Assembly: GCA_965153285.1 (NCBI GenBank)
Contig: OZ229126.1
Direction: 5' to 3' (one strand)
DNA length: 64,000 nt
From: Podarcis tiliguerta
Taxonomy: Eukaryota
Position numbers and translations under genes: made by a program. The notes beneath the pieces are model-generated. The model was not told where the DNA came from. It did not search any database and saw only the letters and a list, made by a program, of their open reading frames with translations. This document shows positions 13,701 to 25,295 of this stretch, piece after piece. How positions within the stretch are numbered: position 1 is the first letter of the stretch; each line of letters opens with the position of its first letter.

Positions 13701-16700
13701 AACCTCTTGCAACCCTTAAGAGGTGCCAGAATCCAAAGTTAGCCTTTAGGTGCCTCTACACCTCTGCAATAAGCTGCCATCTGCCAGCATTGTGCAACTC
13801 TGTTGCCCCAGGTCAGAAGTTCTGCGCCCATGCTAAATGTGGGATGAGAGCCCAGGATTAAAATACTGCTGGCTCATTAAATGCTGGAGTGGGTTGCTCA
13901 GTCCAGCTCAATCATCTCTTTCCCCATCGGACCCCTCCCTCGCTTCTGCATATAAAGCGGCAGGCTTACTTCCTTCGGTTTTTCCATTGGCTTGCAAGTC
14001 ACAGCCATGCTGACTTTCCTGTTCCTGAGTATCTTGCTGCCTTCTGCAGCCATGCTTGCCCCTATCCTCACAGGCCCGCAGCAGCCAGCAGCTCAGCAGG
14101 AGGTGAACATTCTTTTCTACGGGGTAATGCAGTTCGCCAGCACGCTGAGTGACCTCTACGAGTCCACGACGCAGAAGCTTGACAAGATCAGACGCAGCTC
14201 CGACTTCTACGAGCGGGGCTTGGAGGAGCTGCGTCGTCAGACCCAAAGAGCCCAGCAGAAGCAGGAAGAGATCAGAGAGATTGTTGAGGGGCTGGAGGTA
14301 ACTGTGTTTAAATTATAAGACCAGGGGAAGGAGGGAAGACAGTGCCAGCCCAGATTAAAAGGCATTACACTAGAGCAAACTGGTAGCCATATTTTGTTGG
14401 TGGGACAACAGGGCCTTGACCAGCTTTATGAAATGCTGCCCCCACCCCTTGCTGATTAGACAGGCAGCTATGATCCTTTGCTTCAGATGCCTGTTGAAAA
14501 CTTTTCCTTTTTAAAAAACCTCCCAGCTGAACTGTTGCTTTCAGTTTGCAGGATTTTTATTTTAAAATGAGGATTTTTATTGTGCACTGTAATTTTGCTT
14601 ACTGACTGGTTTTTATATTACCGTATTGGCCTGAATATAAGCCTCACCTTTCCCCCCAAATTCCGACTGTGAAAAGTTAAAGTGCGGCTTATATTCGTGA
14701 CCTGCAGCCAGGAGCACGGAGCAAACAGCGGCAGGAGTGTGGCAAAGCGGTGCCTGCCCCACATGTAGTCCCCCATCCTCTCCCCCAAGGCCTGGAAGGG
14801 AGACAGCGAGGAAGTGGAAAGGCTGCCAGCAAAACAATGCAGCTTCTCCCCCCCCCCCCCCCCAGTATGCAGCCAGGAGCAGCAAGAAATGGAGCAGCTT
14901 ATATTTGGGTATTTTTACATTTCCCCCTCTCCAATTTTAAAGGTGCAGCTTATATTCCGGGTGCGGCTTATATTCAGGCCAATGCGGTATATGCTCTTGT
15001 CCACAGTTTGGATATTCTGTGTTAAGCATTTTACAATTTAAAAACAAAAACAAATGAATAATGAAACCTAGGCAGGGGCTTACACCTATAGCTCCATATT
15101 CAATCTTGTAATCTTCCAACCATACAATGTTAGTTTCCCTACCTAGTCCACACCCCCAGGGTCCCATCTTCATCAGAGAGCCCCTTTGGTCAGTCTTCCT
15201 CATCCACCATTCCTGCTCTTTCTTTGATAGGATGAGAGCCTGGCAAGATGGCAGCAGGCTCACAGCAACAAGGAAACGTTGCAGAAGATGCTTGCGGGTC
15301 AGCAGGACCTAGTGCGACAAGTGAAGGCGCTCGAAGGGATGCTGGCTGTCATGGAAGAGCGAGGTTTCCAAAATAAGGGACGGGAATTTTCTGCTTTGAA
15401 GGTAATCCGCCACCTTCTCCTCTGTAAGGTGGCACCCTAAGTCACTTGTTCTGGCCCCCTTGCTCTCCAAAATCTCTAGGGGGCTTGAAGAAGTGCCTAG
15501 ACAAGTGAACTCTGAGCTAATCTGTACAGCATGAGAAGCCATCTCCATGTAGCCCCACTGATCACTACACTCAAACTTACAGATACGGTAATGAACCAAC
15601 TCATGCATAGGTCAATGGACATGCACTCATATAGACAATCTTGCCCCTCACCCCTCTAGCTCTTCCATTCATAGAGGGTGCAATCATTGAATGGGCCTTC
15701 TCCATAGGAGGAGGCATCCAATTGGTAGTGAAACCACAGCTCCACCAGAGGCTTCTAGCTAGTCAGCCAGCAGCCACAGGGAACTTGCCGAGGAGGATGG
15801 TTCAGCTTAGTCAAGCAGCCACAGGGAGAGCAAAGGGGAAAGATAAAGAGGCTGCACCCCTGAAAGAAACTGGCAGTGATGGGGACTGTCTTACTCCAAA
15901 TGTCCCAGTGGAGGTGGGGACTTCCTCACCACCATTTACGGATCCTAGGAGGTTGCAAGCCTCCACAATCCCGACTATGTGCAAACTCTTCGGCATGGAC
16001 AGAAGAAGCCACAGTGGCCACCACCTGGCATTGCACTGCTATCAAAGGCAGCCAGAGATCATGGAACCTTCTAAGCCTTTGACAGTGTTCCATGATCAGG
16101 AGAAGCCCTACTGGAACCTCTTTGTGCCATGCAAAGCTGTTATTTGCAGCTGAGCCAATGTAATTGTGATTTCTGCGTTGTAGAAGGCTGGATTAGATGA
16201 TCCTCAGGGTCCCTTCCAACTCTACAAGTCTATGATTCTGCAATAATAATTCCCATGGCCAGATGAAGTCCTGACAGAACCCCTGTGGGCTCCATGAAGC
16301 TGTCGTTTTGAGGGCTGGCTGGGTGAGAAGGAGTTAAGTTGGGAATTTGTGTTATTCAAAGCCAGATAAGAATTCGGGAGCCTTGTAACCCTTTCCTCCT
16401 CTTTGAGCCAAGCTTGATGGGGCCCCAAAGCTCACATCCAGGCCTGAGCTAGGAAAGCTTCACACCAAGCACAGCGTAACATTCCAGCTCTCTCAAAAGC
16501 AACACACAGATGCTCGAAAGCTCAGTGGCAGGATCTCATTGCTCTGAAATATCAAGCCAGATCCCAACCCGTTTTAAACTCATAAGCTTATTTTCAGCTT
16601 ATCCAAATCTCTTTTAAGGTACCGTCTGCTTTAACAGCATGAACAGCAGGGAGGGGTGTGCGTGGAGAGGCAGAGAGGGTAAGGATTAGGGCTGTCCGAG

Positions 16701-19700
16701 CGCAGTGCATAAATAAGACTAGGCAAGAGGGGAAGTACTGTTTTGGGGGGACAGGGGTCAGGCAGGTGTGGAGGACTCCCTGGTCCTTAATGGGGTAACT
16801 GTGCCCCTGAAGGACCAGGTGCGCAGCCTGGGAGTCATTTTGGACTCCCAGCTGTCCATGGAGGCGCAGGTCAATTCTGTGTCCAGGGCAGCTGTCTACC
16901 AGCTCCATCTGGTATGCAGGCTGAGACCCTATCTGCCCACAGACTGTCTCGCCAGAGTGGTGCATGCTCTAGTTATCTCCCGCTTGGACTACTAGTGTGC
17001 ACTCTATATGGGACTACCATTGAAGGTGACCTGGAAACTACAAGTAATCCAGAATGTGGCAGCTAGACTGGGGACTGGGAGTGGCCGCTGAGACCATATA
17101 ACACTGGTCCTGAAAGACCTACATTGGCTCCCAATATGTTTCCAAGCACAATTCAAAGTGGTGGTGCTGACCTTCAAAGCCCTAAACGGCCTCGGCCCAG
17201 TATACCTAAAGGAGTGTCTCCACCCCCATCGTTCAGCCCAGACACTGTGGTCTAGCTCTGAGGGCCTTCTGGCGGTTCCCTCACTGCGAGAAGTGAGGTT
17301 ATAGGGAACCAGGCAGAGGGCCTTCTTGGTCGTGATGCCTGCCCTGTGGAACGCCCTCCCATCAGATGTCAAGGAAATAAACAACTATCTGACTTTTAGA
17401 AGATATCTGAAGGCAGCCCTGTTTAGGGAAGTTTTTAATGTCTGATGTTTTATCGTGTTTTTAATATTCTGTTGGGAGCCGCCCAGAGTGACTGGGGAAA
17501 CACAGCCAGATGGGCACGGTATAAATAATAAATTATTGTTAAGTTATAGAGGGAAACCTGCATGTAAGCAGCAGCAGCAGCAGCAGTAGTACTTCTGTCT
17601 CCTCTTGGCTCTTGATATCAACTTGTCATAAGAGCACCACACTCCTCTCTCTATTAGCACTGCTAGTAAAGTGAGAATGTTACCCCTTGCAGAAAGCATT
17701 AGTAATGGCTGCAACAGCTCTCCAGGATTGACTTCTTGGGCCAAGGAGAGTACTAGGCTGAAACTGTGACTGTATTACAACCGGAAAACATCCCTATGGC
17801 ACAGTCCTGCTGAAGAGGGATCATATTCTGGCCTGGTTGTGAGGGGAAGGGGCAGAGAGAAGGCCTGGTAACTGTATGAATAGATGGCCCAGAATGGGAA
17901 GTGAATGAAGTCATGGTTTAGGAGTCCCCAGGGTTGAAAAATGAGATGAGGAATTCCCCAGGGTTGCAGACTGAGATTAAGGGGTCTAAAACATCAGAAA
18001 CTGCAAGCAATGGATAAAAGAACCCCCACCTCTCGGTTAACCGATATCATCTCCCCTCAGGCACACATGCAACAACAGAATCTCACCATCTGGTCCCTGC
18101 TGAGAGCTACCCAACAGCAGCAGCAGCAAATGGCTCGGCAGACAGAACAGCTGCTCTGGATCCAAAGACTAGCAAGGCAAGAGGTGCTTCTTGGGGACAT
18201 TTCATAAACAAAGATCAAGTTAGTGTGTTGCTGTGATATGGGCAGCTCCTGGCTCAAAGCTGCTGCCATTTGCTAGTTGTGGTAACCATCTTTCTGATGC
18301 AGGGCACTCATGCCAAGATCTCAGTACTGTAAAGTACCCTTACTATAGTAATGGGCGCTGTGGTCTAAACCACTGAGCCTCTTGGGCTTGCCAATCAGAA
18401 GGTCGACGGTTCAAATCCCCGCAACGGAGTGAGCTCCCGTTGCTCTGTCCCAGATCCTGCCAACCTAGCACACCAGTGCAAGCAGATAAATATGGACCGC
18501 TGTGGCAGAAAGGTAAACAGCGTTTCCATGTGCTCTGGTTTCCATCACGGTGTCCTGTTATGCCAGAAGCGGTTTAGTTGTGCTGGCCACATGACCCGGA
18601 AGCTGTCTGTGGACAAATGCCGGCTCCCTTGGTCTGAAAGTGAGATGAGCGCCGCAACCCCATCCTATAGTAATAATCATGGGAGGGTACGAGAGGAGGG
18701 AAGAAACAAGTCTGATCCACAAGACACAAAGTGCAACACACCTGCCTCTAACTTGCTAAGAAAGCAAAGACGAGGACATACGCTAAGAGCCCAGGCCTCT
18801 GGGGCCACAAATAAGGAAGTCCACTTGAGGGAATGTAGGTTTGATCTTTGAGATCCGCTTGCTTAATGCCGCCTTACTTGTCCTTGTTTCCAGATGAAGA
18901 ATCACAAAGTTGTGAAGCTGAACGTGGGGGACTTGGACAGAGACACCACGGCAACATTCATGCCAAAGAGGGGATCGTGATTTTTGGAGCAGAAAACCTT
19001 CTGCTCACAGCGGCTTGGTGGCAACTATTTGCACCTGTCCTGAAACATGGCTGATTGTGTCATAGCATCCACAGGGTGGCCAGGAGGAGATCAGCAGCAG
19101 GCTAGAAGAATCATCCAGCCTCATGACGAGAACTGTCTAACACCTGCCTGACCTAATCTAAATATGTAGATCCTCACCTTCTGAAGTGAGGAACTGCGAG
19201 TCCTCCAAAGGATCTTTAGAAAAGTCGCAGTATCAGCAAAACAAGCAACATTTCTGAAAGCTACATTGCCTTACCCAAGGCTACTGACTGCTGCATCAGA
19301 GATGGATCTCATTATGCAGAGCGCATTATGTGTACACACTGAACATCTGCTTTTCAGTGTGGATGGGCATTCTGTGCTGCAATAGTGCCTTGGCTGCCAG
19401 GGCTTACCAGGAATGAGAGTACAATATTATTAGTGCTTCACCAGATCAGACACTGGAAGGAAGCCGCAACAGTTGCTGCCAAAGGACTACAGTTTTATCT
19501 ACTGTGCGCCGAAAGAGATCTGGGTCATTATTCAGTATGATGACAGCGGCAGCTGAACACTTAAGGCCAGAATCTTGGTGCTGACCTCTTGACAACCCTG
19601 TGGTCATATTGCTACATAGCAACCTGCAGCCTGACAGGGGATGGGAGGAAGCTGGCAGCTTGTCACAGTTTACTTAAAATTAGTACTGAGAACTGCAAGA

Positions 19701-22700
19701 TCAACCAAGGAGAAACTCATCCCTTTGTTCCTGAGCACACAGTTTTAAGCAGTCAACACACATTATTCACAGAGGGCTAGGATAATGAGTGGAAGTCCTG
19801 AGTGGAGTTTCCTATAAAGGGAGGCAGCTTGTTGGCAACTGAGAAAAAACAGGTTACAGATGAACTGGTGGAGAAGGAGAGGGAAGGAAAGCTGCAACCA
19901 ATACCTTGTTCAACCAATATCAGTTTGCCATTGTAGCATTTGTTTCTGCCACTTCAGAATACAGAGGAATTCAGTACCACAAGGCTGAAAAGATCAGAGC
20001 TGAAAAGCATGGAATTTAAGCACCACAAAGCACACAAAACAGAGCTGCTTTTGCACCCGCTGGGCAGCAAAGCTGCTTTAAACCTACCTGTATATTGTGT
20101 GCGGTGTGTAGACTTCCTTGACTGGAAACTCCAGGATCTCCTTGGTGGGCCGGACTCGGAGGTCAGGATAGGGCAGCACATGCAGAAGTTCCGGCGACAG
20201 GCAGTAATGGGGGTTCTCCGGCACAGGAGAAATGTCGATCTTGAGCTGGGCTGTGAGGCAGAAACAACAGTGTGTGTGGGCGTGTAAGGAGAGTTTGCAT
20301 ACAGAAGCCAACATGACAAAACTGACAGACCTCTGAGACTGAGAATGTGTGGTAGAGGGCTGGAGAGTTCTAGGGTGCTTGCGTTTCCTGATCTCTATTA
20401 TATCACAAAGAAGAATGAGCACACACACAGATTGCACAAGGAATGGAAATGGCCAACAGAAACTATGGAGAGGCCTCCTTCACCTCAAACAGAGAACAAT
20501 GATGAAGGATGGTTTAAAAACTTTTAAAATAATAATAAACTATGCTGATTTGCTCTTGCTCTCATTTGACTGGATTCTGAAGCACCTACAGCTATTTCTT
20601 GTAATGACTGATCTTTCTGCCTCACTTTGGGAGGAAACTGAACACAAACCCAGACACAGACACACACACACACACACACACAGACTTTTTCTCCGCTTTC
20701 TGTTCTCAGGAACCATTTCCTGCTCTTGGCAAAAGTGGGATCTGGCCAAAGAGTTTTCTTGCTTTTGTCACAACAGACCACATGGCTACCACAATCAACA
20801 CCAGCTCCAGAATTTCCCACTCCACAGAGCTCTCAACAAGAGGCAGTGCCTTGTCACAGGCTGATTTACAGGCACCCACCTTACCTGTGACTGGTCGGAG
20901 CCTTCTTAGGACAGATGATGGCCGCCTCATGTCTGCCAGGAACTTGTATAGGTCCTCATCACTGAGGCGATCACCTTCCTAGAGGTGTTTTTTTTTGGGG
21001 GGGGAGAGGAAAAGAGAAGGGGAGAGTTGAACCAGAACAGGAGAATAACATCCACCAAGACAGAGGCATTAAGACCCCTGTGAGTTCCTCAGTGGATGTG
21101 GCACTGCTCTAGCAATACTTGTTCCAATTTACTCATTAACCCTATGTATAGACTGTCCATTGCATTGCACTGCTAGGACTATTTCCAATAAGTCTAAAAA
21201 CATAATACAAGGAAACACATCAAAGCATACATAGGATAAAATCCAATCTTAAACCATTACAAATGATTGTTTGAGCAGTAAAATACAAGATAAGATCTTG
21301 ACACCAGACTGAAATAAAGCAATTCACCTGATGCCCTGAACTGGATTTTAACCTACATCAGAAACTCATTAACAGAGAGGCAGTATAAGCCTCTAGGGAC
21401 AGGGAATTTCACGACTGGGGCACCACTACAGAGAAGGCGTTGCCAAACAAGTAGATGTGAGAGGCACCTGCGATATTCCTCAGGTTCATTTTAAGACTCT
21501 GCCAGAACGTATACTTCATTGTATACAACTTAACTTTCAAAGTCATAAATTGCAAGTCACTTGAAGGTTCTGTCAAGGATCTAAAGCTCTGTTAGAGCGT
21601 ACAAGTTCTGAACATGCACTGAAGACTCTTCTGGAAAGCAGTGGCGTAGCGTGGGGATGCAGGGGGGGCCGGCCGCACCGGGCGCAACATCTGGCGGGGC
21701 GTGCTCGCACTCGCAGCTCTCTGCCCCTACCTGGCTCACTCACTCACTCTCTCTCACTGCAGTGCTGACTGTGCGAATCCGATCCAAGCCGCCGGGTCGC
21801 CGCCCACTGTGGAGGGGAGGGTGCCAGGCATGCGGTGCGGTGCGGAGAGAGAGCGAGGGACTATCTGGGGGAGGGACAGTGCAGCGGGGGGGGGGCGCAA
21901 ATTACTTGCCTTGCCCCGGGTTAGGGGGCGCAAATTACTTGCCTTGCCCCGGGTGCTGACAACCCACGCTACGCCACTGGTGGAAAGTGCCTGAGAATCT
22001 TGCAGTTCTAAGAAAAGGAGGAATCCTGCAAATAAAGGCGCAGAATCCTGCTGGGCCCTGGGCTGTGACCATACCCCACCTTCAACCCATTTCCCATCAT
22101 TTTATGCTGAGTGGGGGAAACAATGAAAGAAGAATCACAGCTTCTTATGAGGAAAGAGAAAATTCTCTAGCACAAACAGGTATTTGCCTGCAAATCTCTG
22201 GTCCTGTTAGCTGCACTCCTACAGATGTGAAAACCAAAAGACAGGGATATTATGAATCGGTCCAGACAGCCCAGACTCCAAGCCTCCCACCTGCTTGAAG
22301 AAGTTGGTGACGGTGAGGGTAGCTGGGCGGAAGTTGCTGAAGCTGCACATCTCCTCCCCAACACTCATGCGCTCGTATGTTTTCCTCTTGCGCTCATTCC
22401 AGGTTCCCTTGCGGTCTAGAAGAGAGGAAGATATGTTCAATAGGTGAAGTGCACACATGCACAAATAAGGAGTCATATTTTGGCAATAGGCAATGGTGAG
22501 AAGAGAACCGGGCTCTGCTAGGAACTCATGCTTGGTATTAGGTGAGTGGCTATCACTGCCTCTCAGCATCATGTCCACAGCACTGGGGAGGGGGGTGTGG
22601 CCTACTCTGCAAGGTTGTTGTGAGGGCAAACCTAATGGAGACCACAACGCTGTACAACAGCGCAATGGTAGTGCTAATAGGCATTTTGCAGAAACTACCC

Positions 22701-25263
22701 ACAAGCTTCCTCAACAACTTAGAAGAGTTGTTTCTACAAAACCAATAGGTGTCCCACAATAACACTGGAAGCAGCTTTTCTAAAGTAGTGCAGTATTGTC
22801 CCTTGACAAATACAGTGGTGCCTCGCAAGACGAAAAGAATCCGTCCCGCGATTCTCTTCGTCTTGCGGTTTTTTTCGTCTTGCGAAGCAAGCCCATTAGC
22901 GGATTAGCGCTATTAGCGCTATTAGCGGTTTAGTGGCTATTAGCGGCTATTAAAGGCTTAAGGGATTAGCGGATTAGCTGCTAAAAGGCTATTAGCGGCT
23001 ATTAAAGGCTTACGGGATTAGCGGATTAGCTGCTAAAAGGCTATTAGCGGCTTAGATCAGCTGATAAGCGGCTTAGATCAGCTGTTAAGCGGCTTAGGGG
23101 CTTGGGGAAAAGGGGGGGAGGGGGGAGGGGAAAAACCCCCAGGAATCGCAAGACATTTTCGTCTTGCAAAGCAAGCCCATAGCAAATTCGTTTTGCGAAG
23201 CACCTCCAAAACGGAAAACCCTTTCGTCTAGCGGGTTTTCCGTCTTGCGAGGCATTCGTCTTGCGGGGCACCACTGTACCTTACAATTTGCAATGGAAGC
23301 GAACTTCAGAATCTCCAGCCCAACAAAGGGGAGCTGTATCACTCATGTCATGCAGGTTTACACTTAAGTGATAAATGATTGATCGTGGCCAAGAAAACTA
23401 AACCCTTAATCTGTCAAAGTCTGCTACAGAGGTGGTACTTTGCATTGTGCTCTATGGAGGCAGATGTACAGTACAGACACCGAGAGGCCCCTGCAGTGAG
23501 TCCACCAAATAAAAAAAAACCCTTTTGTGTATAATGTGTATAATGTGTAGCAAATTACACTTGAGGTCTGCCGTACAGAGCACTCGGAAGAAGTTCCTCA
23601 TCCCCAATTTTTCTCTGCTGATAGGTTGAAGGAGTCAGCATATTCTTGTTTGAAGAGAGGAGAGCAAAACGTAGAAACTGCCGCTTCCTTTGTCTCAATC
23701 TCTAGCTCATGAGCATAAACAAACTACCTCATTCTACATTTCTGTTTTGTGAGCTTTAGGGCTGCATGGACATGACTGCAAATTTGAGGCTTGATTTTAC
23801 TCTGTTTGTAATGCTAGCATGCGGTGAGTCAGCTTTAAACTACTCCTGTGATGCACAACTGCCAGTTACAAGTCATCCCATTTCTGATTATAAACATACG
23901 GTGCAATTTCTGGCATTTTCTTCTCTTCCTTGACCTACTCCACCTTGTACCATGATCCTCACCTACCAGGCAGCCTAGACACAGGGAGTTCCCATCCAAT
24001 AATGCCTTGTTGTTGTTGTTGTTACATTTGTATCCCACCTTTCCTCCAAGGAGCTCAAGGTGGCTTACAAAGTTCTCCTCCCCGTTTTATCCTCACAAGA
24101 ACCCTGTGAGGTAGATCAGGCTGAGAGTGTGTGACTGGCCCAAGGTCACCCAGTGAGCTTCATGACCATTTGGGAATTTGAACTTGGGTCCCAGTCTGAC
24201 AGTCTAACCCAGGCATAGGCAAACTTGGCCCTCCAGATGTTTTGGGACTACAACTCCCATCATCCCTAGCTAACAGGACCAGTTGTCAGGGATGATGGAA
24301 ACTGTAGTCCCAAATCATCTGGAGGGCCAAGTTTGCCTATGCATGCTCTAACCACTACATCACACTGCCTCAGTTCCCAAGGTTCCTTTGAACAAAAGCT
24401 CCATGTAACTGGGAAAAAGCAGCGTCAGCAGCCAACTCCCCACAGGACAGGAAGCATCCTTTTTCACAGAGCTTGGTCACGGCACTATACTCACCACTCT
24501 CCGAGTCAGAAGCATCCCTCTCAAGCATCCCAGTGCTGTTGATTATATTCACAAGGTGGATGGCAGTCCAGGCAAATGGCATGCGATACCTTCCCAGACG
24601 GGTGCAGAACTGCTCTCCTGCCACCCGCAGCTTCTCCAGCTTCTCTTTGTTCTGGAAGCACAAGGGGGGAGAAATCAGGATAGCAAACTTTTTATAAAAG
24701 AAGGGAAATGGTTTATTGAATATTTGCAAATAAACTGTAAACAGATAGGAACAATGGCAGGATTACTGTAATAACCTGCAGTTTTATAAGAGTATACATT
24801 TAAAACAGATGCATAAATGATTAAGTTAATTTGGAATATGCAGAAAATATTAAAAACATAAATTTAAGGAACCACAGAAAGAAGGGGAAGGAAGTCGATT
24901 TTCAAAATGTGAAAATGATTGCAAAATTAGTGAAATGTATAAAAATGAAAATCATAAATAAAAATTTAAAAAGGAAGCACAGGGGGGGAAAACTTCACCA
25001 TGACTGTGACCAAACTGTAAATGTTGAACCCCCTACCACATTCACCCATAAAATAAACCTGTAAAGCAGGCCATTTTCATTCCATTGAGAACATGCAAGA
25101 GGTCATCCCAGGGCATCCAGGGATTTAATGATACAGGTAGAATTGAAACCCGGGTCAAGCCTAGCATGCTAGCTAGCTAACTAAAACACACACAGAGAGA
25201 GAGAGAGAGGGAGGGAGAGAGAGAGAGAGAGAGAGCATGGCCAAGAACCCAACTGCTTCCTTA

Positions 25264-25295
<32 letters not shown>

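Noticed and set aside
14007-18207. ANGPTL3 or ANGPTL4 identity for the nested gene
   Set aside because: No fibrinogen-domain exons were found in the host intron, the host is DOCK6, and exon sizes and ends match ANGPTL8.
20780-20864. Acceptor-like site as an ANGPTL8 terminal exon
   Set aside because: It lies beyond DOCK6 exon 14 and shows no homology; unsupported.
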